64,000 bases of DNA, taken from NCBI GenBank assembly GCA_002687935.1, contig NZBN01000007.1, forward strand, positions 37,030 through 101,029. Direction: 5' to 3'. This document shows, one piece after another, positions 16,853 through 25,961 of this stretch. Positions within the stretch are counted from its first letter, which is position 1; each line of letters opens with the position of its first letter. The notes below the pieces were generated by a model. It searched no databases. It was given only the letters and a program-made list of their open reading frames with translations, and was not told where the DNA came from. The position numbers and the translations under genes are program-made. This DNA is from Methanobacteriota archaeon. GTDB taxonomy: Archaea; Undinarchaeota; Undinarchaeia; Undinarchaeales; Undinarchaeaceae.

Positions 16853-17145
16853 TTCAGGAACTTAATGAAGAACGAGTTATTGAACTCCTCAAAGAATGCA
16901 AGGACCCTGAGCTCGGAATTGATGTATGGACACTCGGTCTCATCTACGAAATCAAGGTTACTTCTTCTGCTGTTAAAATAAAAATGACTTTGACTTCTCC
17001 TACATGTCCCTTCGGTCAAATGATGATTTCTGAAATAAAAGACCGTCTAAAACTTTCAGGCGGAGCCTCCGAGGTCGACGTTGAGCTGACCTTCAATCCT
17101 CCATGGGAGCCTCCCACAAAAGTTCGAACAATGCTGGGAATTTAA
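16843..17145 (+). CDS. DUF59/SufT-like Fe-S cluster assembly factor
   Basis: DPELGIDVWTLGLIYEI, MTLTSPTCP, FNPPW. Confidence 0.92.
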   Translation: MGMIQELNEERVIELLKECKDPELGIDVWTLGLIYEIKVTSSAVKIKMTLTSPTCPFGQMMISEIKDRLKLSGGASEVDVELTFNPPWEPPTKVRTMLGI

Positions 17146-17180
17146 GCAAAGCATAAAAACTCCCCTTCCTTAATCGAGTT

Positions 17181-18836
17181 ATGATTCCAAAGACATTGCG
17201 TAACAGCTGGAGTTCTTTCGTAGTTCTTCTGCTTGCAGGATATCTTTCTTGGTGGCTAACTCTTGATGTCCGTGTCGTCTACATTTTTGTTTTTCTGGCA
17301 ATTCCAATTTTCCTTTACCTTCGTCTTGCCGCACCTTTTCTTTTCAGACCCAGGGCAAGGATAGGTTTCATTCAGGTTGGTGCCGGAGCTGTCAAAGATT
17401 TGGCAAGCCGGAGACTCATTTATATTCTTACTGCCTACTTTGTTCTATTTTTCCTAGCTGGATTGGCATGGAAAGTAGTATGGGTTGGCTTATCTCCGGG
17501 TTTTTATGATATGGAAGATGGAACTGATTTCCAATCAGAGCAGTTAGTTCTTAGCGATTTAGAATCAAGAACTCTTTTCACCACTGATGTTTACAGAAGA
17601 GTTCCTCACAATACAGGAGAAATAAGATTGAGAGCAAATCGCTTTGGTTGGACTACAATTTTAGAAGCTGAACCTGTATACGAAAACGGTGAGTTGTTGT
17701 GGCGCGCAGCGCTGGAGCCAAACGGACTTGTCAACCAGCTTGTAAGGACTTCACCTGGTTTTTCACAGACTTCTGGAATAACAGAGCTTAGTCCGGAAGT
17801 TTCAGAGATGGACCTCAAATACACAGAAAATCGTATGTTCAATCAAAAATCCAAAAGACGGGCTTGGTATGCAAACAGATTCTGGATTGTTGGTAACGGC
17901 TATCTCACAACAGATACAGATGGAGCTATATGGTGGCTCTATCCAAGAATGTCCATTAAATGGTTTTCGTTTACATATTCTCAAAATTTTGAAGGTGTAA
18001 CTTTAGTCAGTGCACAGACTGCAGACATCCGTCATTACTCCCCAGACGAGCTTGGCGCTCTCAAGGAATTTATAGGCCAGGACCATCTCCGCGTTTATCC
18101 GGAATCACTGGCGCTTGCTCAGTCCTATATTTATGGAGCCAACCGCTTTGGGTTCATTGCCCGTGAAATAACAAAAAGGTCTTCCGACGGTGAATCTCTA
18201 TATGAAATTCCTGGCGGTCAGATATCAACTGGAGCCGCAGAGACATTCCAAAAATACCCAATTCTCTCAGTTTACAATGATGAACTCTATTGGGCTACAC
18301 TATACGAGCCTGTAGGTGGAGAATCCCGTGGTGCCAGAACAGCAGCCATTGCCTTAATTGGAGCGGATTACAACAATGCCGGAGAAGTAAAGATGTATAA
18401 ATTTGATGATTTGGAAAAGAACATTCCGGGAGTAAACAAAGTTCTTCGGCTTGCAAGGACAGAAGTCCAGAATTTCGAAGGCTGGGTTCCTCAGCAAGTT
18501 CAGATATATCAGGACGACCAGAATCGGCTTTATGCCCTGTCTTCAATTGTCAGCGGTTATGGCTCAGGTCAGAAAGTTGCCGCACTTGCAGGAGTAAATC
18601 TGCTGGAGGGCTCAGAAAGAGCCTACATCGTTAAAACAAGCGACTATTCTGATTTGGAAACAGCTCACACAGCTCTTCTCAATAATATGTTTTCTGGGGT
18701 AGCGTCTGCTCCTGCTACAGAAACTGTAACTATACAGGAAGAAGCTCAGACAGAACAGGGAGCTGAATCTGGTGTAGATGAGCGTCTCAGAATAATTGAA
18801 CAGAAAGTTGATCAGATTCTAGAAAGGCTTGAATAG
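17181..18836 (+). CDS. conserved hypothetical membrane-anchored protein (3 N-terminal TM plus large soluble domain)
   Basis: 551 aa with clear N-terminal hydrophobic helices and a C-terminal coiled coil. Confidence 0.7.
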   Translation: MIPKTLRNSWSSFVVLLLAGYLSWWLTLDVRVVYIFVFLAIPIFLYLRLAAPFLFRPRARIGFIQVGAGAVKDLASRRLIYILTAYFVLFFLAGLAWKVVWVGLSPGFYDMEDGTDFQSEQLVLSDLESRTLFTTDVYRRVPHNTGEIRLRANRFGWTTILEAEPVYENGELLWRAALEPNGLVNQLVRTSPGFSQTSGITELSPEVSEMDLKYTENRMFNQKSKRRAWYANRFWIVGNGYLTTDTDGAIWWLYPRMSIKWFSFTYSQNFEGVTLVSAQTADIRHYSPDELGALKEFIGQDHLRVYPESLALAQSYIYGANRFGFIAREITKRSSDGESLYEIPGGQISTGAAETFQKYPILSVYNDELYWATLYEPVGGESRGARTAAIALIGADYNNAGEVKMYKFDDLEKNIPGVNKVLRLARTEVQNFEGWVPQQVQIYQDDQNRLYALSSIVSGYGSGQKVAALAGVNLLEGSERAYIVKTSDYSDLETAHTALLNNMFSGVASAPATETVTIQEEAQTEQGAESGVDERLRIIEQKVDQILERLE

Positions 18837-19583
18837 CTATTTCTGATTTAGCCACTCATTTGTTGCATACTTATTTTCTCGTAACTCCTTTGCCATTTCA
18901 AGTTCTTCTGCTGTAAGTTTTCCTTCTTCAAGCTCTCCGAAAACTCGTCTGTAGCCCTCGATCATGGCACTCTCAACTTCCTTGCGTGAGATTTCACCAA
19001 TTTCCTTCTTCACAGTTGTTACTCGGTCTTTTATTGAATCAAGAATTTTATCTGCTATTTTTGCTTTTGATACATTAAGTACTGAAAATAGCTCATCAAT
19101 ATTAGTGCTGTACATCAAAGTTCCGTGCTGAAGTACTGCTCCCCATTTTCTTGTCTGGGCACTTCCTGATATCTTCTTCCCATTAGCCAGTATATCATTA
19201 ATCGGCTTGAATTCAGATTTTATTCCTAGAATATCAAGAGCTTCTATTATAGGCTGGCAGAGGAATCCATAAGATTCTGGTATTTTCTTATTCAGAGTAT
19301 CCTCTCCCATTACAACAGAGTAGGTTATTTCTCCTTGCTGGTCGTGGTAAACGGCGCCGCCACCCGTTATCCTTCGAACCGCGTCTATTCCGACCTTTCG
19401 ACGGTTTTCATCATATATTTCTTCTGCATAGCTTTGAAAGTAGCCAATCGTAACTGTCGAAGGATTAAAAACAAAAAGCCTGCAGGTATCAGGAACAATT
19501 CCCTTTGAACGCGCTTTCAATATGGCTTCATCAACCGCCATTGCCATGGCACCGTCTTCTTCTCTTAATTTAATCAGTCTCAT
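18837..19583 (-). CDS. lplA: lipoate-protein ligase catalytic subunit (LplA N-domain)
   Basis: MAVDEAIL, VTIGYFQ, VRRITGGGAVYHD, KKISGSAQ, LQHGTL. Confidence 0.92.
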   Translation of the reverse strand: MRLIKLREEDGAMAMAVDEAILKARSKGIVPDTCRLFVFNPSTVTIGYFQSYAEEIYDENRRKVGIDAVRRITGGGAVYHDQQGEITYSVVMGEDTLNKKIPESYGFLCQPIIEALDILGIKSEFKPINDILANGKKISGSAQTRKWGAVLQHGTLMYSTNIDELFSVLNVSKAKIADKILDSIKDRVTTVKKEIGEISRKEVESAMIEGYRRVFGELEEGKLTAEELEMAKELRENKYATNEWLNQK

Positions 19584-20113
19584 TATCCCGAATACACACA
19601 GGTATGGTTTTCTCCAAATATATATGCGTTTACTTCCCCTCCTCCTGTACTACTCACTAGTATTTCATTTACTTGTATGGTGATGCTATTAACACCTTCT
19701 GTGGTTCCAGAAACTATGTATTTTGTTTCAGTACTGTTATCTTTGAAAACCTCAAACTTTGCTTTGTATGCTCCACTTTCAGCTTCGTAAATCCCTTTAA
19801 GATATACTAAACTTGTCCCACTCGTTGTGCAGGGACTTTCCTCTGCTCCAGAAATAATCTCTTCTGTAATATTTTCAAGCGTTTCTGAAGTCCCGTTTAG
19901 AATTTCCTGAATTTCACTTAAATTATCGGGCAACATGCCCCCAATATCTTCTGGAATCATTGCACTTACATTATCCGGAATCATATCACCAATATTTTCT
20001 ATTCCTTCTACAATATCCCCAATTTCTGTAGACAATTCTGATGTATCTATTTCTCCGGTGCATCCTGTGATAAGCACAGACAGAACAAGTGTCGCCAACA
20101 CAAACCTTCCCAT
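19583..20113 (-). CDS. hypothetical lipoprotein
   Basis: Signal peptide ending in lipobox-like ITGC; short MIPD/MIPE/MLPD repeats. Confidence 0.6.
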   Translation of the reverse strand: MGRFVLATLVLSVLITGCTGEIDTSELSTEIGDIVEGIENIGDMIPDNVSAMIPEDIGGMLPDNLSEIQEILNGTSETLENITEEIISGAEESPCTTSGTSLVYLKGIYEAESGAYKAKFEVFKDNSTETKYIVSGTTEGVNSITIQVNEILVSSTGGGEVNAYIFGENHTCVYSG

Positions 20114-20169
20114 ATTTAAAATTATGTAGATATGTTTATATATTTTCCAACGTTAGCCTGTTTGGGAAG

Positions 20170-20463
20170 ATGGATTCGATTGTGAAAAAACAATTCAAAG
20201 TGGCAGGAGGCAAGCTCTTGAAAGCATCATTTTCTGTTGATGAGGGAAAACTGAAAGACGTAAAAATAACTGGTGATTTTTTTCTCTATCCTGAAGAAGC
20301 AATTGAAGGTCTTATTTTATCTCTCAATGACATTGAATTTGAAGAAAGTATAATTGAGAAAGCAGTTTCAGTATATCTAAAAGATAATAATGCTGAGTTT
20401 GTCGGTGCTTCTCCAAATGATGTGGCAAAACTCTTCACACAGGAAGTGGAGGATTCCAAATGA
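20170..20463 (+). CDS. lipoate-protein ligase accessory subunit (LplB/C-terminal domain)
   Basis: KVAGGKLLK, KITGDFFLYPEEAIE.L pattern. Confidence 0.85.
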   Translation: MDSIVKKQFKVAGGKLLKASFSVDEGKLKDVKITGDFFLYPEEAIEGLILSLNDIEFEESIIEKAVSVYLKDNNAEFVGASPNDVAKLFTQEVEDSK

Positions 20464-21446
20464 TAATTTCAAAGACTCCTCTCCGAGTAACCTTTGGAGG
20501 GGGTTGCACGGATTTCCCTTCATATTATGCAGACCATGGCGGTTTCCTAGTCAATGCCGCTATAGACAAATACACTTTTATTATTCTTCATCAAAAATTT
20601 GACAAGAAGATAAGGGCAAAATATTCTCTTTGTGAAGTTGTCGACAGCGTTGAAGAACTTAAGAATCCAATAATAAAAGAGGCTCTAAAATCTGTCGATT
20701 CTCCAACTGGAATAGAAATTGTCAGTCTTTCTGACATTCCAAAAGAAACTCAACTTGGACAGACTGGAAGTTATACAGTTGGGCTTCTCGAGGCTCTCAA
20801 TCAATGGAAGAACGAGCATATTCCTACAGAAGAGCTTGCGACAAAGTCCTGCAAAATACTAATTGATATTCTAAACAAACCTGTCGGAAAACAGGACCCA
20901 TATATCGCTGCCTATGGAGGTATAACTTGCTTTGATATTTCAAAAGATGGTGAAGTAAAAGCCTCTCCTTTGCAAATATCCAGCGAAACTACGGAAGAAT
21001 TGGAGAAGAACCTCCTTTTCTTCTTCACGGATTTTACCAAGGCATCTGCCGATATACTGGGTGAACAACTAAGTAAAGGGGGTAAACTCAGCAAAGAAGT
21101 TGAAGAAAATCTTCACAAGGTAAAGGATGTCAGCTACAGAATAAAGGAAGCTTTGGAAAAAGGGGATACTTCTGAATTTGGAAAGCTGTTAAGTGAGCAC
21201 TGGGGGCTGAAAAAGGCGCGTTCTCCAAGTTCTACAACTCCTCAAGTTGACAAGCTATATTCCTCTGCTTTGGAGAACGGAGCCATCGGAGGAAAATTAG
21301 TCGGTGCCGGAGGCGGAGGCTTCCTGATGTTTTATGCAGAAGATGCCGAAAAACTCAGAGAAACAATGGCTAAGGCTGGCGCAAGAGAAATGAAATTTGG
21401 TTTTGATTTTGAAGGCTCAAGAGTTATGCTCAACACTGAAGCTTGA
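20460..21446 (+). CDS. GHMP-kinase family protein (HddA/heptose-7-phosphate kinase-like) with degenerate ATP-binding loop
   Basis: KTPLRVTFGGGCTDFP, GKQD.Y.AAYGG and GGKLVGAGGGGF motifs; motif 2 reads PKETQLGQTGS. Confidence 0.85.
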   Translation: MIISKTPLRVTFGGGCTDFPSYYADHGGFLVNAAIDKYTFIILHQKFDKKIRAKYSLCEVVDSVEELKNPIIKEALKSVDSPTGIEIVSLSDIPKETQLGQTGSYTVGLLEALNQWKNEHIPTEELATKSCKILIDILNKPVGKQDPYIAAYGGITCFDISKDGEVKASPLQISSETTEELEKNLLFFFTDFTKASADILGEQLSKGGKLSKEVEENLHKVKDVSYRIKEALEKGDTSEFGKLLSEHWGLKKARSPSSTTPQVDKLYSSALENGAIGGKLVGAGGGGFLMFYAEDAEKLRETMAKAGAREMKFGFDFEGSRVMLNTEA

Positions 21447-21457
21447 AAGGGTTTAGT

Positions 21458-21516
21458 GTCTCAGACCGCCCATCATTCATCATCTGGTATCAGATCGATG
21501 TCGGATCTTCATCGAC
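21458..21516 (-). ncRNA. box C/D 2'-O-methylation guide sRNA (double guide)
   Basis: Minus strand: GTC-GATGA (C) AGATCCGACATCGAT CTGA (D') TACCAG ATGATGA (C') ATGATGGGCGGT CTGA (D) GAC. Both guides are complementary to universally conserved rRNA segments. Confidence 0.88.
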
Positions 21517-21538
21517 TACTTTTAGGTTCTTTTTATCA

Positions 21539-21546
21539 CTTATAAA
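21539..21546 (-). promoter_or_regulatory. TATA box for the C/D sRNA
   Basis: TTTATAAG on the minus strand ends 22 nt upstream of the sRNA 5' end, matching archaeal spacing. Confidence 0.55.
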
Positions 21547-21588
21547 TGTGCTGGAAAGTCTTAAGTAGAATCAAACTAAATTTCCTAT

Positions 21589-21888
21589 ATGGGGAAACGA
21601 AGAACACAGAAAGAAATAGAGGAGTATTGCAATTTTCTTTCTGCTCACATAGCTTCAAAGGAGTTTGGTGTGGCAATTAATTATTTTGAATCTTTAAATT
21701 CCTCATTAAAAGAAGCTGAAAAGTACATAAGCGGAAAAGATATCGAAGAAATAAATGAGCTTAAACTTCCACTCGTCAATGCTCTCCACCACACTTATAA
21801 TAGTTCCGAGGAAAAACAACAGAGCTGCGGGGAGTGTTTCGAAGACATCTTCAGCAAAATAAAGGAAGTGTTCAATATAGATAAATGA
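21589..21888 (+). CDS. hypothetical protein
   Basis: 99 aa helical ORF; ATGA overlap with the next gene. Confidence 0.55.
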   Translation: MGKRRTQKEIEEYCNFLSAHIASKEFGVAINYFESLNSSLKEAEKYISGKDIEEINELKLPLVNALHHTYNSSEEKQQSCGECFEDIFSKIKEVFNIDK

Positions 21889-22229
21889 AAAAACTGAATT
21901 TGGTATTCATAATCTTGCTTGTTATATTTATTTCAGGTTGTCTGACCTACTCAAAGTCGGAGAAAGTTAAATTCCTCGGAGAGGGTGATGAAATTTCTCT
22001 TACAGGCTATATCTTCTCTGAAGGGACTAAATTCTGCTTCGACAGCGAGGCTACTGACTGTTTTCCAACTTCTTCCAACATTCTGAGCGAGGATATGCTC
22101 AGTACAGCCGATTGCATAGTTGTTGTTGGTGTTGATGCTACTATGTCGGTCTCAGAGGAAGAAAAAATTCTCCTCCTTAATTCAGTGTCAATTATTGACG
22201 AAACAAGCTTCTGCAACGAAAGAACTTAA
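21885..22229 (+). CDS. hypothetical lipoprotein
   Basis: MKK + hydrophobic core + ISGC lipobox. Confidence 0.65.
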   Translation: MKKLNLVFIILLVIFISGCLTYSKSEKVKFLGEGDEISLTGYIFSEGTKFCFDSEATDCFPTSSNILSEDMLSTADCIVVVGVDATMSVSEEEKILLLNSVSIIDETSFCNERT

Positions 22230-22267
22230 ATATTTCCAGTGACACTGTATAAGAATTCTGAAATACG

Positions 22268-23191
22268 ATGATTAGAGCTTCTGCACCGGGAAAATTAATT
22301 TTGTTCGGAGACCATGCTGTGGTCTATGGAGAACCGGGAATAGCCACTGCGATAAACAAGAGAGCATACTCTACTGCATGCGAATTGGATGGAAAAAAAA
22401 TTGTTGTTGAGTCCAAAGATACTGGAGAAACAACAGAATGTGGAATCAGGGAGAAGTCCAAGAATCCAATAATTGCCGCAGTTCAGGAAGCACAAAAATT
22501 CTCAAAAAGTCGGTCAGGTATTGGTATTGAAATAAATTCCCAAATTCCTATCGGTGCCGGACTTGGTTCATCTGCTGCCGTAGCAACAGCCACGATTGCT
22601 TCCGTCGCAACACTTCTCACTGGAAAGGAGCCGTCCACTATGGAGATTGCAGAGATGGCTTACAAAGCTGACAAACTGGCTCACGAAAGTCCAAGTGGCA
22701 TAGATACTGCTGTAACAAGTCTTGGTGGAACTATTTTTTTCAAAAAAGGAAACATAAGTCAGCTGGATTCTGAGCCTCTCACTTTAGTTGTAGCAAACAG
22801 TGGTGTCAGAAGGAACACCAGCGACATGGTTTTGAGAGTTAAAAACAGTATAAGGGATCCAAGAGTTGCCCTAAGTATGTTCAGCATAGGTTCCTTGTCA
22901 AAGGAAGCTCGAACAATTCTTCTTGGTAAGCGTCAGGGAGATCTTGGCCCTCTTATGGATCGTGGACAGTCCCTCTTGAAAGATTTGGGTGTCAGCTCTA
23001 CATCCCTCGAGGACCTGGTTCAGCTTGCAAAAGATTCTGGAGCAGTCGGCTCAAAAATAACTGGAGCTGGGGGTGGAGGTTGTATTATTTCACTATCAGA
23101 TAACCCTGAGACATTAATCCAGGCTTTCAAAGAAAGTGGTGCTTCTGCATATTCCGTAAGGACAAATCAGCCCGGTGTTAGAATTGACTGA
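22268..23191 (+). CDS. mvk: mevalonate kinase
   Basis: SAPGKLILFGDHAVVYG, PIGAGLGSSAA, PSGID, KITGAGGGG. Confidence 0.93.
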   Translation: MIRASAPGKLILFGDHAVVYGEPGIATAINKRAYSTACELDGKKIVVESKDTGETTECGIREKSKNPIIAAVQEAQKFSKSRSGIGIEINSQIPIGAGLGSSAAVATATIASVATLLTGKEPSTMEIAEMAYKADKLAHESPSGIDTAVTSLGGTIFFKKGNISQLDSEPLTLVVANSGVRRNTSDMVLRVKNSIRDPRVALSMFSIGSLSKEARTILLGKRQGDLGPLMDRGQSLLKDLGVSSTSLEDLVQLAKDSGAVGSKITGAGGGGCIISLSDNPETLIQAFKESGASAYSVRTNQPGVRID

Positions 23192-23990
23192 AAATAGTAA
23201 AGAAACAATATTCGTCAAGCTCGGCGGATCTGCAATAACGCATAAGGAAAAAGAATTTCAGGAAAATCTTTCTGTTATAGATTTATCCTCTTCTCAGATT
23301 TCAGAACTTTACGAGGATTTCAAATTAATTCTTGCTCACGGTGGCGGTGGTTTTGCCCATCCAGTTGCAGAAAAACATAATGTAAGTAAGGGAATAGAAA
23401 AGTGCAAGCCTATTGGTCTTGCAAAGACAAGAAGTGCTCTGCAGAATTTGAATTCGATAGTTGTCAAATCTCTTATATCTCATAAAGTTCCGGCTATTAC
23501 CATTTCTCCTTATTCCTGTTCAAAGATGGAAAATGGGAGATTCACAGAATTTAACCTTTCTCCAATTCATAAAAGTCATAAGATTGGGGCAGTTCCACTC
23601 CTTCATGGTGATATTGTTTATGATTCTGTCAAGGGATGCTCAATAGCCTCTACAGAAATGATATTTTCCCATCTCTCTACTAGGATTACTCCTAAGCGCA
23701 TAGTAATTGGAACTAATGTGGATGGTGTTTTCTGGAATAATCCAGATAGTGGCAAGAGGGAGCTTGTTGAGGAAATAAATAGCGGAAACCTTGCCGAGGT
23801 TCTTTCAGCAGTTGAAGAGTCAAAAACCAGCGATGTTACAGGCGGAATGAGGCACAAAATAGAGGAGCTCTACAATATCAGCAAGCACAATATAGAAATA
23901 TTCATAGTTAATCTTTCCAAGAAAAACTACTTAAGCGGAGCCATACTCGGGAAACCAGAACTAAGCACTAGAATAAAGGCGGGAGAATAG
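23175..23990 (+). CDS. ipk: isopentenyl phosphate kinase
   Basis: VKLGGSAITHK, HGGGGFAHP, LHGD, DVTGGM..K; located between mvk and fni. Confidence 0.9.
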   Translation: MLELTENSKETIFVKLGGSAITHKEKEFQENLSVIDLSSSQISELYEDFKLILAHGGGGFAHPVAEKHNVSKGIEKCKPIGLAKTRSALQNLNSIVVKSLISHKVPAITISPYSCSKMENGRFTEFNLSPIHKSHKIGAVPLLHGDIVYDSVKGCSIASTEMIFSHLSTRITPKRIVIGTNVDGVFWNNPDSGKRELVEEINSGNLAEVLSAVEESKTSDVTGGMRHKIEELYNISKHNIEIFIVNLSKKNYLSGAILGKPELSTRIKAGE

Positions 23991-24016
23991 AACCATTAAT
24001 TTTGGTTCATTGGCAT

Positions 24017-25057
24017 ATGAGCACAACTGGGAGAAAACTCGACCATATCAAAATTGTCTCGAATGAGAAAGTCGAGGCAAAAGAAAAAACGACACTTCTT
24101 GAAGAAGTTGAACTTATTCATAATTCTCTTCCTGGTCTTGATAGAGATTCCATAGATGTTAACATAGAGTTGTTCGGAAAGAAATTAAAAATACCTTTTT
24201 TAATAAGCGGAATGACTGGAGGTCATCCGGATGCGGAAAAATTTAATCTGGCTCTTGCAGAAGCCGCAGAACAGTCCGGTTCCGCCTTCGGTCTAGGTTC
24301 TCAAAGAGCAATGCTGGAGGACAAATCTCTTTCAAGTACTTACAAAGTCAGGTCAGTAGCACCCACTGCTCTTATTTTCGGAAATATTGGAATTCCGCAA
24401 ATCTCAGAGTATTCCCCTTCTGATATTTCATCAATGCTTGATGATGTCGGTGCCGATGCTCTTGCAGTTCATCTAAATCCTCTTCAGGAATCTGTCCAGC
24501 CTGAAGGCGATGTTGATATGGTGGGACTCGCCGCTTCACTAAAGGATTTAGTCAAAGAACTAGGATTTCCTGTTATAGTAAAGGAAACTGGAGCCGGAAT
24601 ATCAAAGGACGTTGCAAAAATTCTAATTGACTGTGGTGTTTCAGCTATAGATACAGGTGGGGCTGGAGGAACATCATTCGCCGCGGTCGAACTTTTCAGA
24701 AAAGAGGGCAATGAACTCTCTGAGTTCTGGGATTGGGGAATTCCAACTGCTGCGAGCATTCTTGAAATAAGAGCTGTTTCAAAGGAAATTCCTCTCATAG
24801 CAACAGGTGGTATACGAAGCGGATTGGATGTAGCAAAGGCAATCGCTCTGGGGGCAAATGTAGTTGGTATGGCCGGTCCAATGATAAAGGCGGCGACAAA
24901 AGGAAGCGCTGAAGTTCTTCTTGAAATTGAAAAACTCAGGAAAAGTCTAGGAACGGCAATGTTTCTTTGCGGGGCTTCCAAACTTTCTGAATTAGTCAGA
25001 GACAAAACAATTTTAAATGGTGCTCTCAGAAGCTGGCAGGATCAAAGGGGACTCTAA
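24017..25057 (+). CDS. fni: type 2 isopentenyl-diphosphate delta-isomerase
   Basis: RKLDHI, ISGMTGG, GSQR, HLNPLQE..QPEGD, VKETGAG, GAGGTSF. Confidence 0.96.
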   Translation: MSTTGRKLDHIKIVSNEKVEAKEKTTLLEEVELIHNSLPGLDRDSIDVNIELFGKKLKIPFLISGMTGGHPDAEKFNLALAEAAEQSGSAFGLGSQRAMLEDKSLSSTYKVRSVAPTALIFGNIGIPQISEYSPSDISSMLDDVGADALAVHLNPLQESVQPEGDVDMVGLAASLKDLVKELGFPVIVKETGAGISKDVAKILIDCGVSAIDTGGAGGTSFAAVELFRKEGNELSEFWDWGIPTAASILEIRAVSKEIPLIATGGIRSGLDVAKAIALGANVVGMAGPMIKAATKGSAEVLLEIEKLRKSLGTAMFLCGASKLSELVRDKTILNGALRSWQDQRGL

Positions 25058-25058
25058 T

Positions 25059-25919
25059 ATGGGAAAAAGAAGCGCACTTCCAAAACATATACACACTTTG
25101 GATTCAGTTCTCAAAATGACAAGACCTTCTGCAATAATTACATATATTATTCTTATTTTTGTAGCATTTCTTTCAACAGGCGATCTTCCGTCTACTGGTA
25201 TTCTGTCCGCAACCTTGATTGCAGTTCTCTCAGCTGCTGCAGGCGGTTTTCTTTTAAATGATTACTACGATTTGTATATAGATAAAATAAATCGTCCAGA
25301 CAGACCACTTCCTGCTGGAAAAATAACTCCTGCAGCAGTCTGGGTTTTCTCACTATTTTTCTATGCTGTTAGTATCTGGGCGGCATCAAGTCTTCCTCTC
25401 GTCACCTTCATATTCATTTCAGGAAACCTCTTTCTTCTTTTCCTCTATGCAACTACTCTGAAGAAAGTAGGATTTATTGGAAACATTGCAGTTGCCTATC
25501 TGACGGCGTCTGTTTTCATTCTCACAACATCCGTCGTCGGAGACATCGCGGCCGGAGCAGTTCCAGCTGCTTTGATATTTCTTTATATGGGGGCGCTTGA
25601 AGTTCTCAAGGATATGGAGGATGTCAAAGGGGATTTTAAATTCGGAGTAAGAACCCTTCCGCTGACACATAAAGACCTTGGAAAATATGTTGCACTGGCA
25701 TTTATGGCTCTTACAATAGCTCTGAGTCCAATTCCGTATTATCTTGAAATATTCTCAATAAATTATCTCATTTTGATTCTTATCGTAGATGTATTACTTG
25801 CCTTGTTAATGCGTTCTCTCTGGCGAGATTCTTCACTATCTTCTGTAATCTTCTATGTAAGAAGGATAAAGGCTTCAATAGTGCTTAGTATGGCTGCCTT
25901 TATACTCGGAGTTCTGTAG
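25059..25919 (+). CDS. UbiA-family prenyltransferase, digeranylgeranylglyceryl phosphate synthase-like
   Basis: NDYYDLYIDKINRPDRPLPAG and KDMEDVKGD motifs; multi-TM; lipid operon context. Confidence 0.88.
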   Translation: MGKRSALPKHIHTLDSVLKMTRPSAIITYIILIFVAFLSTGDLPSTGILSATLIAVLSAAAGGFLLNDYYDLYIDKINRPDRPLPAGKITPAAVWVFSLFFYAVSIWAASSLPLVTFIFISGNLFLLFLYATTLKKVGFIGNIAVAYLTASVFILTTSVVGDIAAGAVPAALIFLYMGALEVLKDMEDVKGDFKFGVRTLPLTHKDLGKYVALAFMALTIALSPIPYYLEIFSINYLILILIVDVLLALLMRSLWRDSSLSSVIFYVRRIKASIVLSMAAFILGVL

Positions 25920-25961
25920 CGGAAGGCATAAAAACAAGAAATCAGACAGAAAAATTCTAAA

